From the NCBI GenBank assembly GCA_963798085.1, contig CAWCRS010000005.1, forward strand, positions 512,001 through 576,000: DNA of 64,000 bases. Reading direction: 5' to 3'. Positions 41,463 to 52,575 of the stretch are shown one piece after another (the stretch's first letter is position 1; every line of letters starts with the position of its first letter). A model generated the notes under the pieces. That model saw nothing but the letters and a program-made list of their open reading frames with translations. It was not told the DNA's origin and ran no database searches. The stretch comes from an uncultured Gemmatimonadales bacterium (GTDB taxonomy: Bacteria; Gemmatimonadota; Gemmatimonadetes; Longimicrobiales; RSA9). The translations under genes and the position numbers were made by a program.

Positions 41463-42983
41463 TGCGCGGGCCGCTCCGCGCCGGCCTGCTGCTCCTCATC
41501 CTCGCGCTCGCGGCCTGCACGCCACGCGCCCGCACACCCGCATCGCCGCAGATCGCCGCGCACGCCGATGAGGACGTCTGGATCACGATCCTGCACTTCA
41601 ATGACGTCTATGAGATCACACCCGTCGGCGGCGGCCGCTGGGGTGGGCCCGCGCGGGTCGCCACCCTGCGCCGGCAGCTGCTGGCGAGGAATCCCCGCAC
41701 GCTGACCGTGCTCGCAGGCGATCTGCTGAGTCCGTCCGCCCTGGGCACCGCGAGTGTCGCGGGCCGGCGCGTGGACGGGCAACAGATGGTTGCCACGCTC
41801 AATGCGCTGGGCCTGGACTACGCCACGTTTGGTAACCACGAGTTCGATCTGCCCGAAGCGGCGTTCCGCCAGCGGCTGCGCGAGTCGCGCTTCCAGTGGC
41901 TCTCCGTCAACGTGAGCGCAGCCGGTGACTCCGCTCTGCCGAACGTCGTGCACCATGTGATCCGCAGATTCGCCATCGGCCCGCGCGACACGCTGCGCGT
42001 CGCGCTGTTCGGCGTCACCATGGATCGCGATCAGGCCGCGTACGCACCCATCGCCTACCCGCTGCCGCCGGCGGAACGTGAGGCGCAGCTGCTGCGCGAC
42101 AGCGCCGACATCGTGATTGCGGTCACGCACCTGCCGCTGGCGCAGGACATCGCGCTGGCCGACGCCTCGCCCGGGATCGATCTGATCCTGGGCGGACACG
42201 AGCATGAGAATCTCGAAGTGCGCCGAGGCGCGCGCTTCATTCCCATTGCCAAGGCGGACGCGAATGTCCGCACCGTCTTCGTGCACGAGCTGCACTACGG
42301 CCTGCGCAGTCACAAGCTGGACATCGCGTCGCATCTCGTGTCGATCAGCGATTCCATCCCCGACGATCCGGCCACCCTTGCCGTAGTACAGGACTGGGTG
42401 GAGCGCGCATATGATGGGTTCCGCCAGCTCGGATTCAAGCCGGAAGTCGTGGTGGCACGCTCACCCGTCGCGCTCGATGGCCTGCGCGCCAGTGTGCGCG
42501 TCGATACCACCGTGCTGACCGCCGAGATCGCGCGCGCCATGCAGCACGAAGCGACCGGCGCCGAAGCGGCGCTCTACAATGCCGGCTCCATCCGTGTCGA
42601 CGATGTCCTGCCCGCCGGACCGGTGACACAGTACGACGTGATCCGCGTGCTGCCATTCGGCGGCCTCGTAGTGCTGACCGAAATGCGCGGCTCGCTGCTG
42701 CGCCGCGTACTCGAGCAGGGCCTGCGCAACCGCGGCGGCGGCGGATTCCTGCAGTACACGGGCATTGCGCATGGCGCTGCGGACGGCTGGAGTATCAACG
42801 ACCAGCCGCTGGATGATGCGCGCATATATCGGGTGGCGCTCACGCGATTATCTGCTCACCGGGCGTGAGCAGGGACTGGACTGGCTGAACCGCGATAACC
42901 CGGATGTTCGCGTGGTGCGGCAGTTGCGCGATGTGCGCATGGCTCTGATCGATGAACTGGGCCGGCGCTTTCCTGCTCGCTGA
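41462..42983 (+). CDS. 5'-nucleotidase/metallophosphoesterase lipoprotein; +1 frameshift at ~42845
   Basis: HFNDVYE, AGD, GNHEFD, GGHEH, NAGSIR; continues DYLLTGREQG in the next frame. Confidence 0.9.
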
Positions 42984-43016
42984 GCGATCCCGGCTCCTCT
43001 CCTGACGGAAGACACA

Positions 43017-44778
43017 ATGTTCCGCATTCGTCGCATACATGATGATGTTCTGCCGATCAACCGCCAGTCGATTGCGCAGGTGCAGGCGCTGCTGACCGAG
43101 GCGTTCGCCGAGGTGGCTGCGCGCGAGGGTGAGGCACTGGCGGAGAAGCTCAGAAATCCCTTCAAGCAGCAGTTCCGCTCCATTCTGCTGGTGGCGGAGA
43201 ACGGACGCGGGCGCGTGCTGGGATTCGCACTGCTGATGGTCGAGCCCCGGCTGAAATTCTGCTATCTCGACTTCATTGCTACGGCGCAGCGCTCGCGCAG
43301 TGGCGGCATTGGCGCTTCACTGTACGAGCAGGTGCGCGGTGAAGCGCTCGCGCTGGGGGCGAGCGCGCTGTTCTTCGAGTGTCTGCCCGATGACCTGGAA
43401 GGTTGCCCCGAACCCGCGCTGATCGATGGCAACCGAGCACGCCTGCGCTTCTACGAACGCTACAACGCGCGACCCATCATTGGCACGGCGTACGAAACGC
43501 CAGTCCGTCCTGCGGACACCTGCCTGCCGCATCTCGATGTTCGATGATCTCGATCGCGGCGAGGCTCTGCGTGCGCCCTTCGCGCGTGCCGCGGTGCGCG
43601 CCATCCTCGAGCGCAAATACGCGAGCCTGTGCCCGCCCGCGTACGTGGACCAGGTGGTCGGCTCGTTCGTCGATGATCCGGTGCGCCTGCGGCCACCTCG
43701 CTACGCCAGACCGCGCACGGCGCAGCGCGCGCCGCCTGCAGTACAGCGCGAACGCATGGCCGTCATCATCAACGACCGGCACGAGATCCATCACGTTCGC
43801 GAACGCGGCTACGTGGAAGCGCCCGTCCGCATCCGCGCCATTCGCACCGAGCTGGAAAACGCAGGACTGATCGACATCCGGCCGGTGCGGCGCTACGCGG
43901 AGTCGCATATCCGCGCCGTACACGAGCCCGCGCTCGTCGACTACCTGCGGCGGGCCTGCGCGGCTACGCCCGAGCGGCGCTCCGTGTATCCGTACGTGTT
44001 TCCCATCCGCAACGCCGCGCGCCCGCCGCGCGAACTGTCGCTGCGCGCCGGCTACTTCTGCATCGACACCTTCACGCCCATCAATCGCAACGCCTTTCCC
44101 GCGGCGCGCCGCGGCGTCGAGTGTGCGCTGACGGCGGCCGATGAGATCCTGAACGGGCGCCGCGTCGCCTACGCACTGGTGCGACCGCCAGGGCATCACG
44201 CCGAACGGCGTGTGTTCGGCGGCTTCTGCTACTTCAACAATGCGGCGATTGCGGCACAGCACCTGGGAGGCGCGGGTCGCGTCGCCATCCTCGACATTGA
44301 CTACCATCACGGCAACGGCCAGCAGGACATCTTCTACCACCGCAACGATGTGCTGACCGTGTCCATTCACGGCCATCCTTCGTTCGCATACCCGTACTTC
44401 TCCGGCTTCGCCGATGAACGCGGCGAAGGCAGGGGCAAAGGCTGCAATCTCAACATGCCGTTACCGGAAGACGTGGACGGCGCCGCGTATCGCAAGGCAC
44501 TGCGCAAGGCGATGGACTTCATCGTCGCATGGAAGCCGACCTTCCTCATCATCGCGCTCGGGCTGGACCCGGCGAAGGGCGATCCCACCGGATCATGGAG
44601 CCTCGTGGCGAAGGACTTCGAGGAGAATGGCGCCATGCTGGGTGAGATCGACCTGCCCACGCTGGTAGTGCAGGAAGGCGGCTACCGCACGCGCACGCTG
44701 GGCGTGAACGCGCGCCACTTCTTCCAGGGTCTCATGGCGTCGGCCCTGGGCTGGCCCCGGCCGGGCTCGCGGCCTTGA
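43017..44778 (+). CDS. GNAT acetyltransferase - histone deacetylase/acetylpolyamine amidohydrolase fusion; frameshift at ~43537
   Basis: N-terminal YLDFIA..RSGGIGASLY; C-terminal RPPGHHA, GGFCYFNN, DIDYHHGNG, LGLD, QEGGY; LPHL to MFDDLD junction with one extra base. Confidence 0.82.
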
Positions 44779-44842
44779 TCCAGCCTCCTCCAACAGGCAA
44801 TTTCAGCGGCGCCGTTCCCAGCCAACCTTCTGATGCGCGCTG

Positions 44843-46550
44843 ATGGCCACCACCCCGCAGGAAACCCGGCCGGGCTTCTTCTCCGAGCTGCGACGACGCA
44901 AGGTGATCCGCGTTGCCATCGCCTACGGCGTCGTCGGCTACAGCGTCACGGAAGTCGTGAACAACGTGATAGGCCCGCTCGGCCTTCCGCCCATCACGAG
45001 CAAGCTGATCATTCTGCTGCTGCTGCTCGGCTTTCCCGTCGCCGTAGTGCTCGCGTGGGCCTTCGACATCACGCCGCGCGGCATTCGAGCGCACGGCCGA
45101 CATCGCGCCGGCGCCCGTCGATCACGCACACGAGCGGTTGGCGTCCGGGACCGCCGCTGGCGCGGTTGCGCAACGGCCGCCCGACAGCATTGCCGCGCTG
45201 CCTTTCGCCAATCTGAGCGGCGATCCGGCCCAGGAATATCTCGCGGATGGGCTGACTGAAGAACTGCTCAACGCGCTGTCCCGCGTGCCCGGCCTGCGCG
45301 TGGCCGCACGCACATCGTGCTTCGCGTTCAAGCACACCACGCAGGACGTGCGTCAGGTGGGCGAGCGACTGGGCGTGCGCCACGTGGTCGAAGGCGGTGT
45401 GCGGCTGGCGGGCAAACGACTGCGGCTCTCGGTGCAGCTGGTGGATGCCGCGAGTGGCTTCGTGCTGTGGTCCGACACGTACGAGCGTGACCTCGACGAC
45501 ATCTTCCTCATGCAGCGCGAGATGGCGACGACCATCGTCGCACACGTGGTCAACCGGCCGGGCGCGGTGGAACCACCGCCACCGGCGACGCTCAACGTGG
45601 AAGCCTTCACGCTCTACCTGCACGGCCGCTACCACTGGAATCGCCGCACTGAAGCAGACCTGCGGCGGGCCATCGGTTACTTCGAGCAGGCGGCACGTCT
45701 CGATCCACCCTACGCGCCCGCGTGGGCCGGACTCGCCGATGCATACACGCTGTTACTCGACTATGGCGGCATGTCCCCCGCCGAAGCGCTGCCGCCGGCG
45801 AGGGATGCAGTCGAGCGTGCACTGCAGCTCGATCCTTCCATGGCCGAAGCCTACACATTGCTGGCCCTGGTGCGGCAGTTCGAGATGCGGTGGGCCGATG
45901 CCGACGCGGCGTTCCGCCGTTCCCTCGCACTGCGACCGGACTACGTCGTCGCCCATCAGCGCTTTGCGCTGCACCTGGCCTGGCAGGGACACACGGACGA
46001 GGCCGTCGCGGAGGCCAGGCGGGCGGAGGCGCTGGATCCGCTGGCCGTCGCGGTCTGCGCCAGCTCGGCGTTCGTGCTCTACTACGCACGCCGCTTCCAG
46101 GACGCCACGAAGCAGGCGGAACGCGCGCTCGAGATGGATCCGCAGTTCGTCGCCGCCCGCTCGGCGCTGGGGCTGGCGCTGCTGCAGATCGCGCCGCCCG
46201 CCGATGCCGTGGAGCAGTTCCGGCAGGCGGTCACACTCTCCGGTCGCGCCGCATCCACGGTGGCGCTGCTCGCGACAGCGCTGGCGAAAGCGGGTCAGAA
46301 GCAGGAAGGCTGGAAGCTGCTCGATGAGCTGGATGCGCGCGCGCAGACGGGCTGGGTGTCCAGCTACTACCGCGCCGTACCGCTGCTGGCGCTCGGCAAT
46401 AACGAGCAGGCGCTGGACCGCCTCGAGGCAGCCTGCGAAGAGCGCGCCCCGCAGATGGCCTATGTGCGCGCCGAGCCGCTCTTCGATCCTGTGCGCCAGT
46501 CGCCGCGCTTCCACGCCGTCCTGCAACGCATTGGACTGCGCGCTCCCTGA
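44843..46550 (+). CDS. Membrane-anchored TolB-like/TPR protein (paralog of 30734); +1 frameshift at ~45085
   Basis: ELRRRKVIRV + 2 TM; removing one T gives GIERTAD..SIAALPFANLS..QEYLADGLTEEL. Confidence 0.88.
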
Positions 46551-46560
46551 CACGCTGTTG

Positions 46561-47939
46561 TCAGAGCGTCACGATCTCGAGAGGCTTGTTCGTGCGCCAG
46601 CGGCCGCGCGTGAAATCCGGGAACTCGACCGGCTCGCCCCCGCCCGCCACGGAACGCTGTGACAACTCGACCACCGCGCTGATGGCGGCCGCGTCGTAGA
46701 CGTTCATGTCGGTGGGCTGCCCATTGCGCAGGCACTTGATCAGCCGGTAGTCCTCGAGATAATCCATGCCGCCATGGCCGGCAAACTCATCCTGCCGCTC
46801 ACGAATGCCGCGCCACAGCGGATGGTCGTACTCCGCGTACCACTTCTCGGCATCATCCCACTGGTCGGGCCTGGCGCTGCGGCCCTCGATATACACGCGA
46901 TGCGGCCAGCCCTGTACCAGGCCGCGCGTGCCCTGCACCATGTGCACCCTGCTGTACGGGCGAGGCAGGTTGGTGCAATGGCTGACGAAAGCGTCCGGCC
47001 ATTGGCCGTCCGGATGACACTGCTGTTCACATCGCCCAGCCGGAACGTCTCGCTGCGTTTCGGATCGCTGGCCGGATAGTGCTCCGCCGCGTACAGCTGC
47101 AGACCCCGCGAGGCACTGCTCAATGACACCAGCGACTCGAAACGGTCGCCGCGGTTGATGTCCATGCAGTTGGCTACCGGACCCAGCCCGTGCGTGGGAT
47201 AGAGGTTGCCGTTATGCGTCTTCGACCACTCACGGCGCCACAGGCCCTCGCCTTCATCCGCGAACTTGATGGCGCGCAGGTCGTGCAGGTAGCCGCACTC
47301 GCCGTGCAGGACTTCCCCTAACAGACCCTTGCGCACGAGGTGGAAGCTCAGCATCTCCAGTCGGTCGTAATTGCAGTTCTCCATCATCACGCAGTGCTTC
47401 TTTTCCTTCTCCGCCGTCTCCACCAGCGCCCAGCAGTCATCCAGCGTCATGGCGAAGGGCACCTCGCTGGCCGCGTGCTTGCCGTGTTTCATGGCGGCCA
47501 GCGCAATGGGCACGTGCCACTGCCAGGGCGTGGCGTTGAAGACGATGTCCAGTTCCTCCTCCGCACACAGCCGCTCGAAGTCCCGCTCGCCGCGTGTGTA
47601 GAGACGCGGCTCGACGAATCCCTTGTCGGTCACGATCTTGCGCGCGCGCTCCGCATGCGCGGGCCGGATGTCGCAGATGGCTGTGATCTGGGCGCCCGGC
47701 ACGGCCACCAGATTCTCCACGTGCGATGTGCCCTGGCCACCCACCCCCACGAAGCCGATGCGGATGGTCGGCGCCGCACCCGCGACTGCGGCCATGCGCG
47801 CCGCCGTCGCACGCGGCATCTCTGCCGACAGCGCCTGGGCATCGACCCCCGCCAGCGCCAGTGTCGCGCCCACCGCACTGCTGCGCAGAAAATCGCGGCG
47901 GCTCAGTCCGGCGTCCGCGACGCGCTCGTCTTCGTGCAT
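46561..47939 (-). CDS. Gfo/Idh/MocA family, GH109 alpha-N-acetylgalactosaminidase-like, Tat-exported; frameshift at ~46990
   Basis: SRRDFL Tat motif; ATPWQWH, MENCNY, GNLYPTHGLGP, GHGGMDY. Confidence 0.9.
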
Positions 47940-48100
47940 GACAACCTCCCCTGAGCGATGTGCCGGTCGCGTGCGTCCGCCCGCACGCCAAGGCATTCCA
48001 TACTGCGCCCTCGCCCGCGCCCGGGGCAAGCGACCGACGGGCTGTGGCCTGCGCTGCAGCGGGCCGTGAGGTGTTGAGTCGGCGTGTGTTGCCGTCCGGA

Positions 48101-48147
48101 TTGACAGGTTCGGGTGTGGGACTATATTCAACCGCATGGTTGAATAT
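48101..48147 (+). promoter_or_regulatory. Sigma70-like promoter with overlapping ArsR operator palindrome
   Basis: TTGACA(48101)-16bp-TATATT(48123); ATATTCAACC-GCAT-GGTTGAATAT (48124..48147) covers the ATG. Confidence 0.8.
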
Positions 48148-48486
48148 TCGCTGGACGCCCTCCATATTGCGCTCGCGCACCCCGCCCGCCGCGAGATCGT
48201 CGGACGACTGGCCCGCCGCGGCGCGGCCAGGGTCGGTGACATCGCGGCCGCCTTCAATGTTTCTCTCAATGCCGTATCGAAGCACCTCAAGGTGCTGGAG
48301 CGGGCCGGTCTGGTGGAGCGAGAAGTGATTGGACGCGAGCACTGGCTTCGCCTGGACGCGCGACCACTCGTGGCGGCGGAGCAATGGATGGCGCGGCAGC
48401 GCCAGTTCTGGGAGGAGTCGCTCGGGCGACTGGAGGACTACGTCGTGCGCAAGCGAACACGAAACATACGGAAAGGGGAACCATGA
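48136..48486 (+). CDS. ArsR/SmtB family regulator
   Basis: ALAHPARREIV, AVSKHLKVLERAGLV. Confidence 0.93.
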   Translation: MVEYSLDALHIALAHPARREIVGRLARRGAARVGDIAAAFNVSLNAVSKHLKVLERAGLVEREVIGREHWLRLDARPLVAAEQWMARQRQFWEESLGRLEDYVVRKRTRNIRKGEP

Positions 48487-48938
48487 GCGCAGAAGCGAAG
48501 GGCACGGCACAGCGCGTGGAGACCGCGCCTGCAGTGGTTGTGCGACGCACGATACCGGCGTCGCCGGAGGAGCTGTTCGACGCATGGACCGACGCCGAGG
48601 GCATGCGCCAGTGGCTGCTGCCCGCCACATCAAAGGATGTGAAAGCCGTGCTCGACGTGCGCGTGGGCGGCCGCTTCACGATCGACATGATCGATGGCCT
48701 GAAGGTGTTCGCGCATCACGGCGAATACCGCATCGTGGATCGCCCGCACAAGCTGGTGTTCACGTGGAACGCCGAGTGGATTCCGGGCGGCTCACTCGTG
48801 ACCATCGAGTTCCTTGCCCGCGGCGAGAGCACCGAGATCGTGCTCACCCATGAGCGCCTGCCTGACGCCCAGCTCCGCGCCAACCACAGCGAAGGCTGGG
48901 GCAGCATCCTCGACCGCCTGGCCCAGCGCTTCTCCTGA
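48483..48938 (+). CDS. SRPBCC/AHSA1 domain protein
   Basis: LFDAWTD, DVRVGG, KLVFTW, HSEGW; ATGA overlap with the ArsR gene. Confidence 0.92.
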   Translation: MSAEAKGTAQRVETAPAVVVRRTIPASPEELFDAWTDAEGMRQWLLPATSKDVKAVLDVRVGGRFTIDMIDGLKVFAHHGEYRIVDRPHKLVFTWNAEWIPGGSLVTIEFLARGESTEIVLTHERLPDAQLRANHSEGWGSILDRLAQRFS

Positions 48939-49032
48939 TCGAGCGGGCCGAGCGGGCCCCGGCAGGTTGCCACACCCTTCCGGGGCCCGCGGCCCAACAT
49001 GCTGTTATGGAGCAGCGCGCTCCCCCTGACGC

Positions 49033-51760
49033 TCAATCCGCGCGCAGCGCGGTCAGCGGATCCACGCGCACGGCGCGGCGCACGGGAATCAGGCTGGCCA
49101 GCACACCGGCCAGCATGAGCACCAGGATCGCGCTGCCCAAGATGAGCGGGTTCCACGGCTTCACGCCATAGAGAACGGTGCTGAGTCCGCGCGTGGCGAA
49201 CAGCGCCAGCGGCAGCCCCGCGGCCAGGCCAGCCGCCAGCACGAGCATCGATTGCCGCAGAACGAGACGCAGCACATTGCCGGCGCCGGCACCCAGCGCC
49301 ATGCGCGTGCCGATCTCGCGTGTACGGCCCGCGACGTAGTACGCCATGATGCCGTACAGTCCCACCGCGGCGATGAGCAGGGCGAAGCAGCCGAACGCGC
49401 CGGCCAGCAGGGCGGCGAGGCGCTCGCGCGCGAGTGCTTCATCGATGGCCTGCTCCATGCCTTCCATGCGCCGGATCCAGAGACCGGGCGCGCCCGCATC
49501 GATCGCCCGCCGCACCTGCTCGGCGCGCGCCACCGGATCGCCTTCCATGCGCGCGACCAGGATGAGGAACGGCGCGCCGCCATACTGCTGGAGCGGCAGG
49601 TAGTACATCGGCTGGGCGGGTGAGCGCAGATCGTCGTAGCGGGCGTCCGCGACGACGCCCACGATGCGCACCGGCGCGTTGTCGAAGCCCTCGTGGAACT
49701 CCGCGCCCACGGGCGCGCGACCACTCAGGTAGCGACGCGCGAACGCTTCGTTCACCAATGCGACGCGCTCGCCGGTCTCGTCCGCATCCGTGAAGTCGCG
49801 ACCGGCACGCAGCGGGATGCCGGCCGCCGCCAGATAACCCGGTGTTATGGCGTTCATGGCCACACCCATGCGCTCGTCGGGCGCGGGCTGGTAGCCGGGC
49901 ACGTCGATGATGGAGAAGGTCGAGCGGCCGCCGGAGACGGGCGAGGTGGTGCCGAAAGCCGCGGTGCGCAGGCCGGGTACCGCGCGCAGGCCGTTCAGCA
50001 GTTCCGGCACCAGCGGCATGGCACCGCTCTGCTCGTAGCGCGTGCCGCGCGTGTCCAGCTGCGCCACCAGCAAGTGCGTGTGATCGAAGCCGAAATCCAC
50101 GCTCCGGAGATTGCGCAGCGTCTGCACCAGCAGCCCCGCGCCGCTCACCAGCAGCAGCGCGAGCGCCACCTGCACCGCGACGATCAGACGCTCCGCGGAC
50201 AGGGAACGGCGCGCACCGCGCTGCCCGCCTTCGCGTAGCGGCGACGTGAGATCGACGCGCGTTGCCCGCCACGCCGGCAGCACGCCGAACAGCAGACTGC
50301 AACCGAGTGCGAGCAGCATCGTGAACAGCAGGATCGTGCGGTCCGGCCGGAAGCGGATCGTGTCTGCCATCATTGCTACCTGCAACGGCAGCCGATGGGC
50401 CAGCAGCGTCGTGCCCCACCAGGCGAGCGGCAGCGCGAGCAGCGCGCCCAGCAGCCCCAGCTCGAGGCTCTCCGTCAGCAGCTGGCGCACCAGACGGCCG
50501 CGCTGCGCGCCCAGCGATACCCGCACCGCCAGCTCATTCTGCCGCGAGCGCGCCCGTGCTAACAGCAGTGTACCCACGTTGGCGCAGGCAATGAGAAGCA
50601 GCACGGCCACGCCGCCCATGAGCGCGTAGAGAATCGTCGCATACTGCGAGCGCAGATCGAACTTCGGGTTGGTGATGCCGCGGCTGATGTCGCTGAGCGT
50701 GAAACGCGGCGCGTCATTGCCGCCGCCACCCCCCTTGGGCAGGATCTTCGGCGCATGCTCGGCGCAGCAGTGCGCGTAGGCCGCCGCCCAGGCCGTCTCC
50801 ACCTGCGCGCGGCGCGCGCCCGCAGACAGCCGGCCGATCACGGACACGAACGGCCCGCGCGGCTGGCGCAGATCCGGCGCGCCCACCAGCGCCGCCGTCG
50901 ACGCCGGGATCGCCATGTCGAACGAGCCCGGGAACATCAGCCCGCGATACGCGCGCGGCAGCACACCCACCACGGTGAATGGCACGCCATTCACGCGGAC
51001 CGGCTCGCGCAGTGCCGGATCGCTATTCAGCCTGCGCTCCCAGAAGTCCTGTGACACCACCATGACCGGCGACGCGCTCGCTTCATCCTGCGGGCCCAGC
51101 ACACGGCCGACCAGCGGACGGATGCCGAGCACGGAGAAGAAGTCGCCATCGACCAGGTCGACCGATCCATAATCGTGCTGTTCGCCCACGTCGCGGTTGA
51201 ATGACAGGATGGTGAACGCGGCGGCGCGCATCCCGGGCGTCTCGCGCAACGTCTGGAAATCCGGCCAGGAGACGCCCAGGTCAAAGCGCGCGACCGCCAC
51301 CCGTACGCCCACCAGCTGCTCCGGGGAAGGCACGGGCAGGCAATGCAGCAGCACCGTCCGGATCAGGCTGAAAATCGCGGTGTTCGCGCCGATCCCCAGC
51401 GCCAGCGATAACACCGCTGTCAGCGTGAACACGGGCGAGCGGCGCAGCGCGCGCCAACCGAACCGGATGTCCTGTTGCAGAATGCGCCAGCGCTTCGCCC
51501 GCTCGCATGCGTCGCTCCCTCTGTTCTGTCAGTCGACGACACTCCGCCTCGATCTCCGCCGCGTCACCGAACCGCCGTCTCGCCGCCGCCCTCGCCGCCT
51601 CCTGCGTCATCCCCGCCGCTTCGTACTCCGCCGCCCGCGACTCCAGGTGGAAGCGCAGCTCCGCGTCCAGGTCCGCATCGCGCTCGCGTTCAGGAGGCAG
51701 TCGCTCCGCACCGCTGCGCGGCCGTCTGGGCCTCCTGCCCTGCTCGCTGTCTTCTGACAT
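49033..51760 (-). CDS. ADOP-type duplicated ABC permease (MacB/FtsX); frameshift at ~51490
   Basis: DLDAELRFHLE prefix; LALGIGANTAIFS; LLIACANV; RTREIGTRMALGA; VDPLTALRAD. Confidence 0.92.
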
Positions 51761-51837
51761 GCTGTTATCGGTTCCCTTTTCCCCCGCGGCCGCGAACAAC
51801 CGTTCCGGCGCGCGCCAGCCGAGCCCGCCGCGAAGCG

Positions 51838-52173
51838 CTACGGCCGGGCTTCCAGCACTTTGCCCACCACCTTGACCAGCCGGCTCCACGCGGCGGTGCC
51901 TGTCGCGAGCTGACGCCGGCCCGCGGGCGTCAGCTGATAGTACTTGGCCCGCCGGTTGTTCTCCGTCCGCTTCCACTGCGCTTTCACCCAGCCCCGATTC
52001 TCCAGCCGATAGAGCGCGGGATAGAGCGTGCCCTCTTCCAGCTGCAGCGCGTCGTCCGTCACCTGCTGGATCCAGCGCGCTATGCCGTAGCCGTGCATGG
52101 CACCCCAGGAAAGGGTCTGAAGCACCAGCACATCGAGGGTACCCTGCAGCAGTTCCACGGTCGACCTGGCCAT
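51838..52173 (-). CDS. PadR family regulator (ADOP-associated type)
   Basis: LLQGTLDVLVL, HGYGI, GTLYPALYRLE, NNRRAKYY. Confidence 0.95.
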   Translation of the reverse strand: MARSTVELLQGTLDVLVLQTLSWGAMHGYGIARWIQQVTDDALQLEEGTLYPALYRLENRGWVKAQWKRTENNRRAKYYQLTPAGRRQLATGTAAWSRLVKVVGKVLEARP

Positions 52174-52179
52174 GCCTTC

Positions 52180-52202
52180 CTTCCTCAGTCGTGCTAGGGA
52201 AG
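52180..52202. promoter_or_regulatory. Putative PadR operator (imperfect palindrome over the RBS)
   Basis: CTTCCTCAG-TCGTG-CTAGGGAAG just upstream of the padR start. Confidence 0.55.
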
Positions 52203-52575
52203 CAAAACTACTCCGCCTGGAAGCATCAAGTCAACAGAATCGGGGCCACATGCGACCGCCAGTGCTGCGCGGCCAGGCGGGAATGATGACGAGAATCGGG
52301 ACCGATCACGGCGCGGGGTCTGGCGCCGCGGCCTCCAATACCGCAGTATGATGGCCGGCCCGGCGCCGGCTGGACCGACTGACATCTTCAGCATTCTGCT
52401 CCGCAGATTTCGGCGCCGGCCGGCGGCGCTCTTCCCGTGGCGCTCGAGCAGTTCCCGTCGAAGGTTTTTCCGAAGCGGCAAGCGGGTTCGTACCTGAGAA
52501 TGGTTCGTACGGTCGTGATGCGACTGTTTCACGACTCGCGGCAGGCGGACACGCGTAAGGCGAGGAGCGTCAGGG

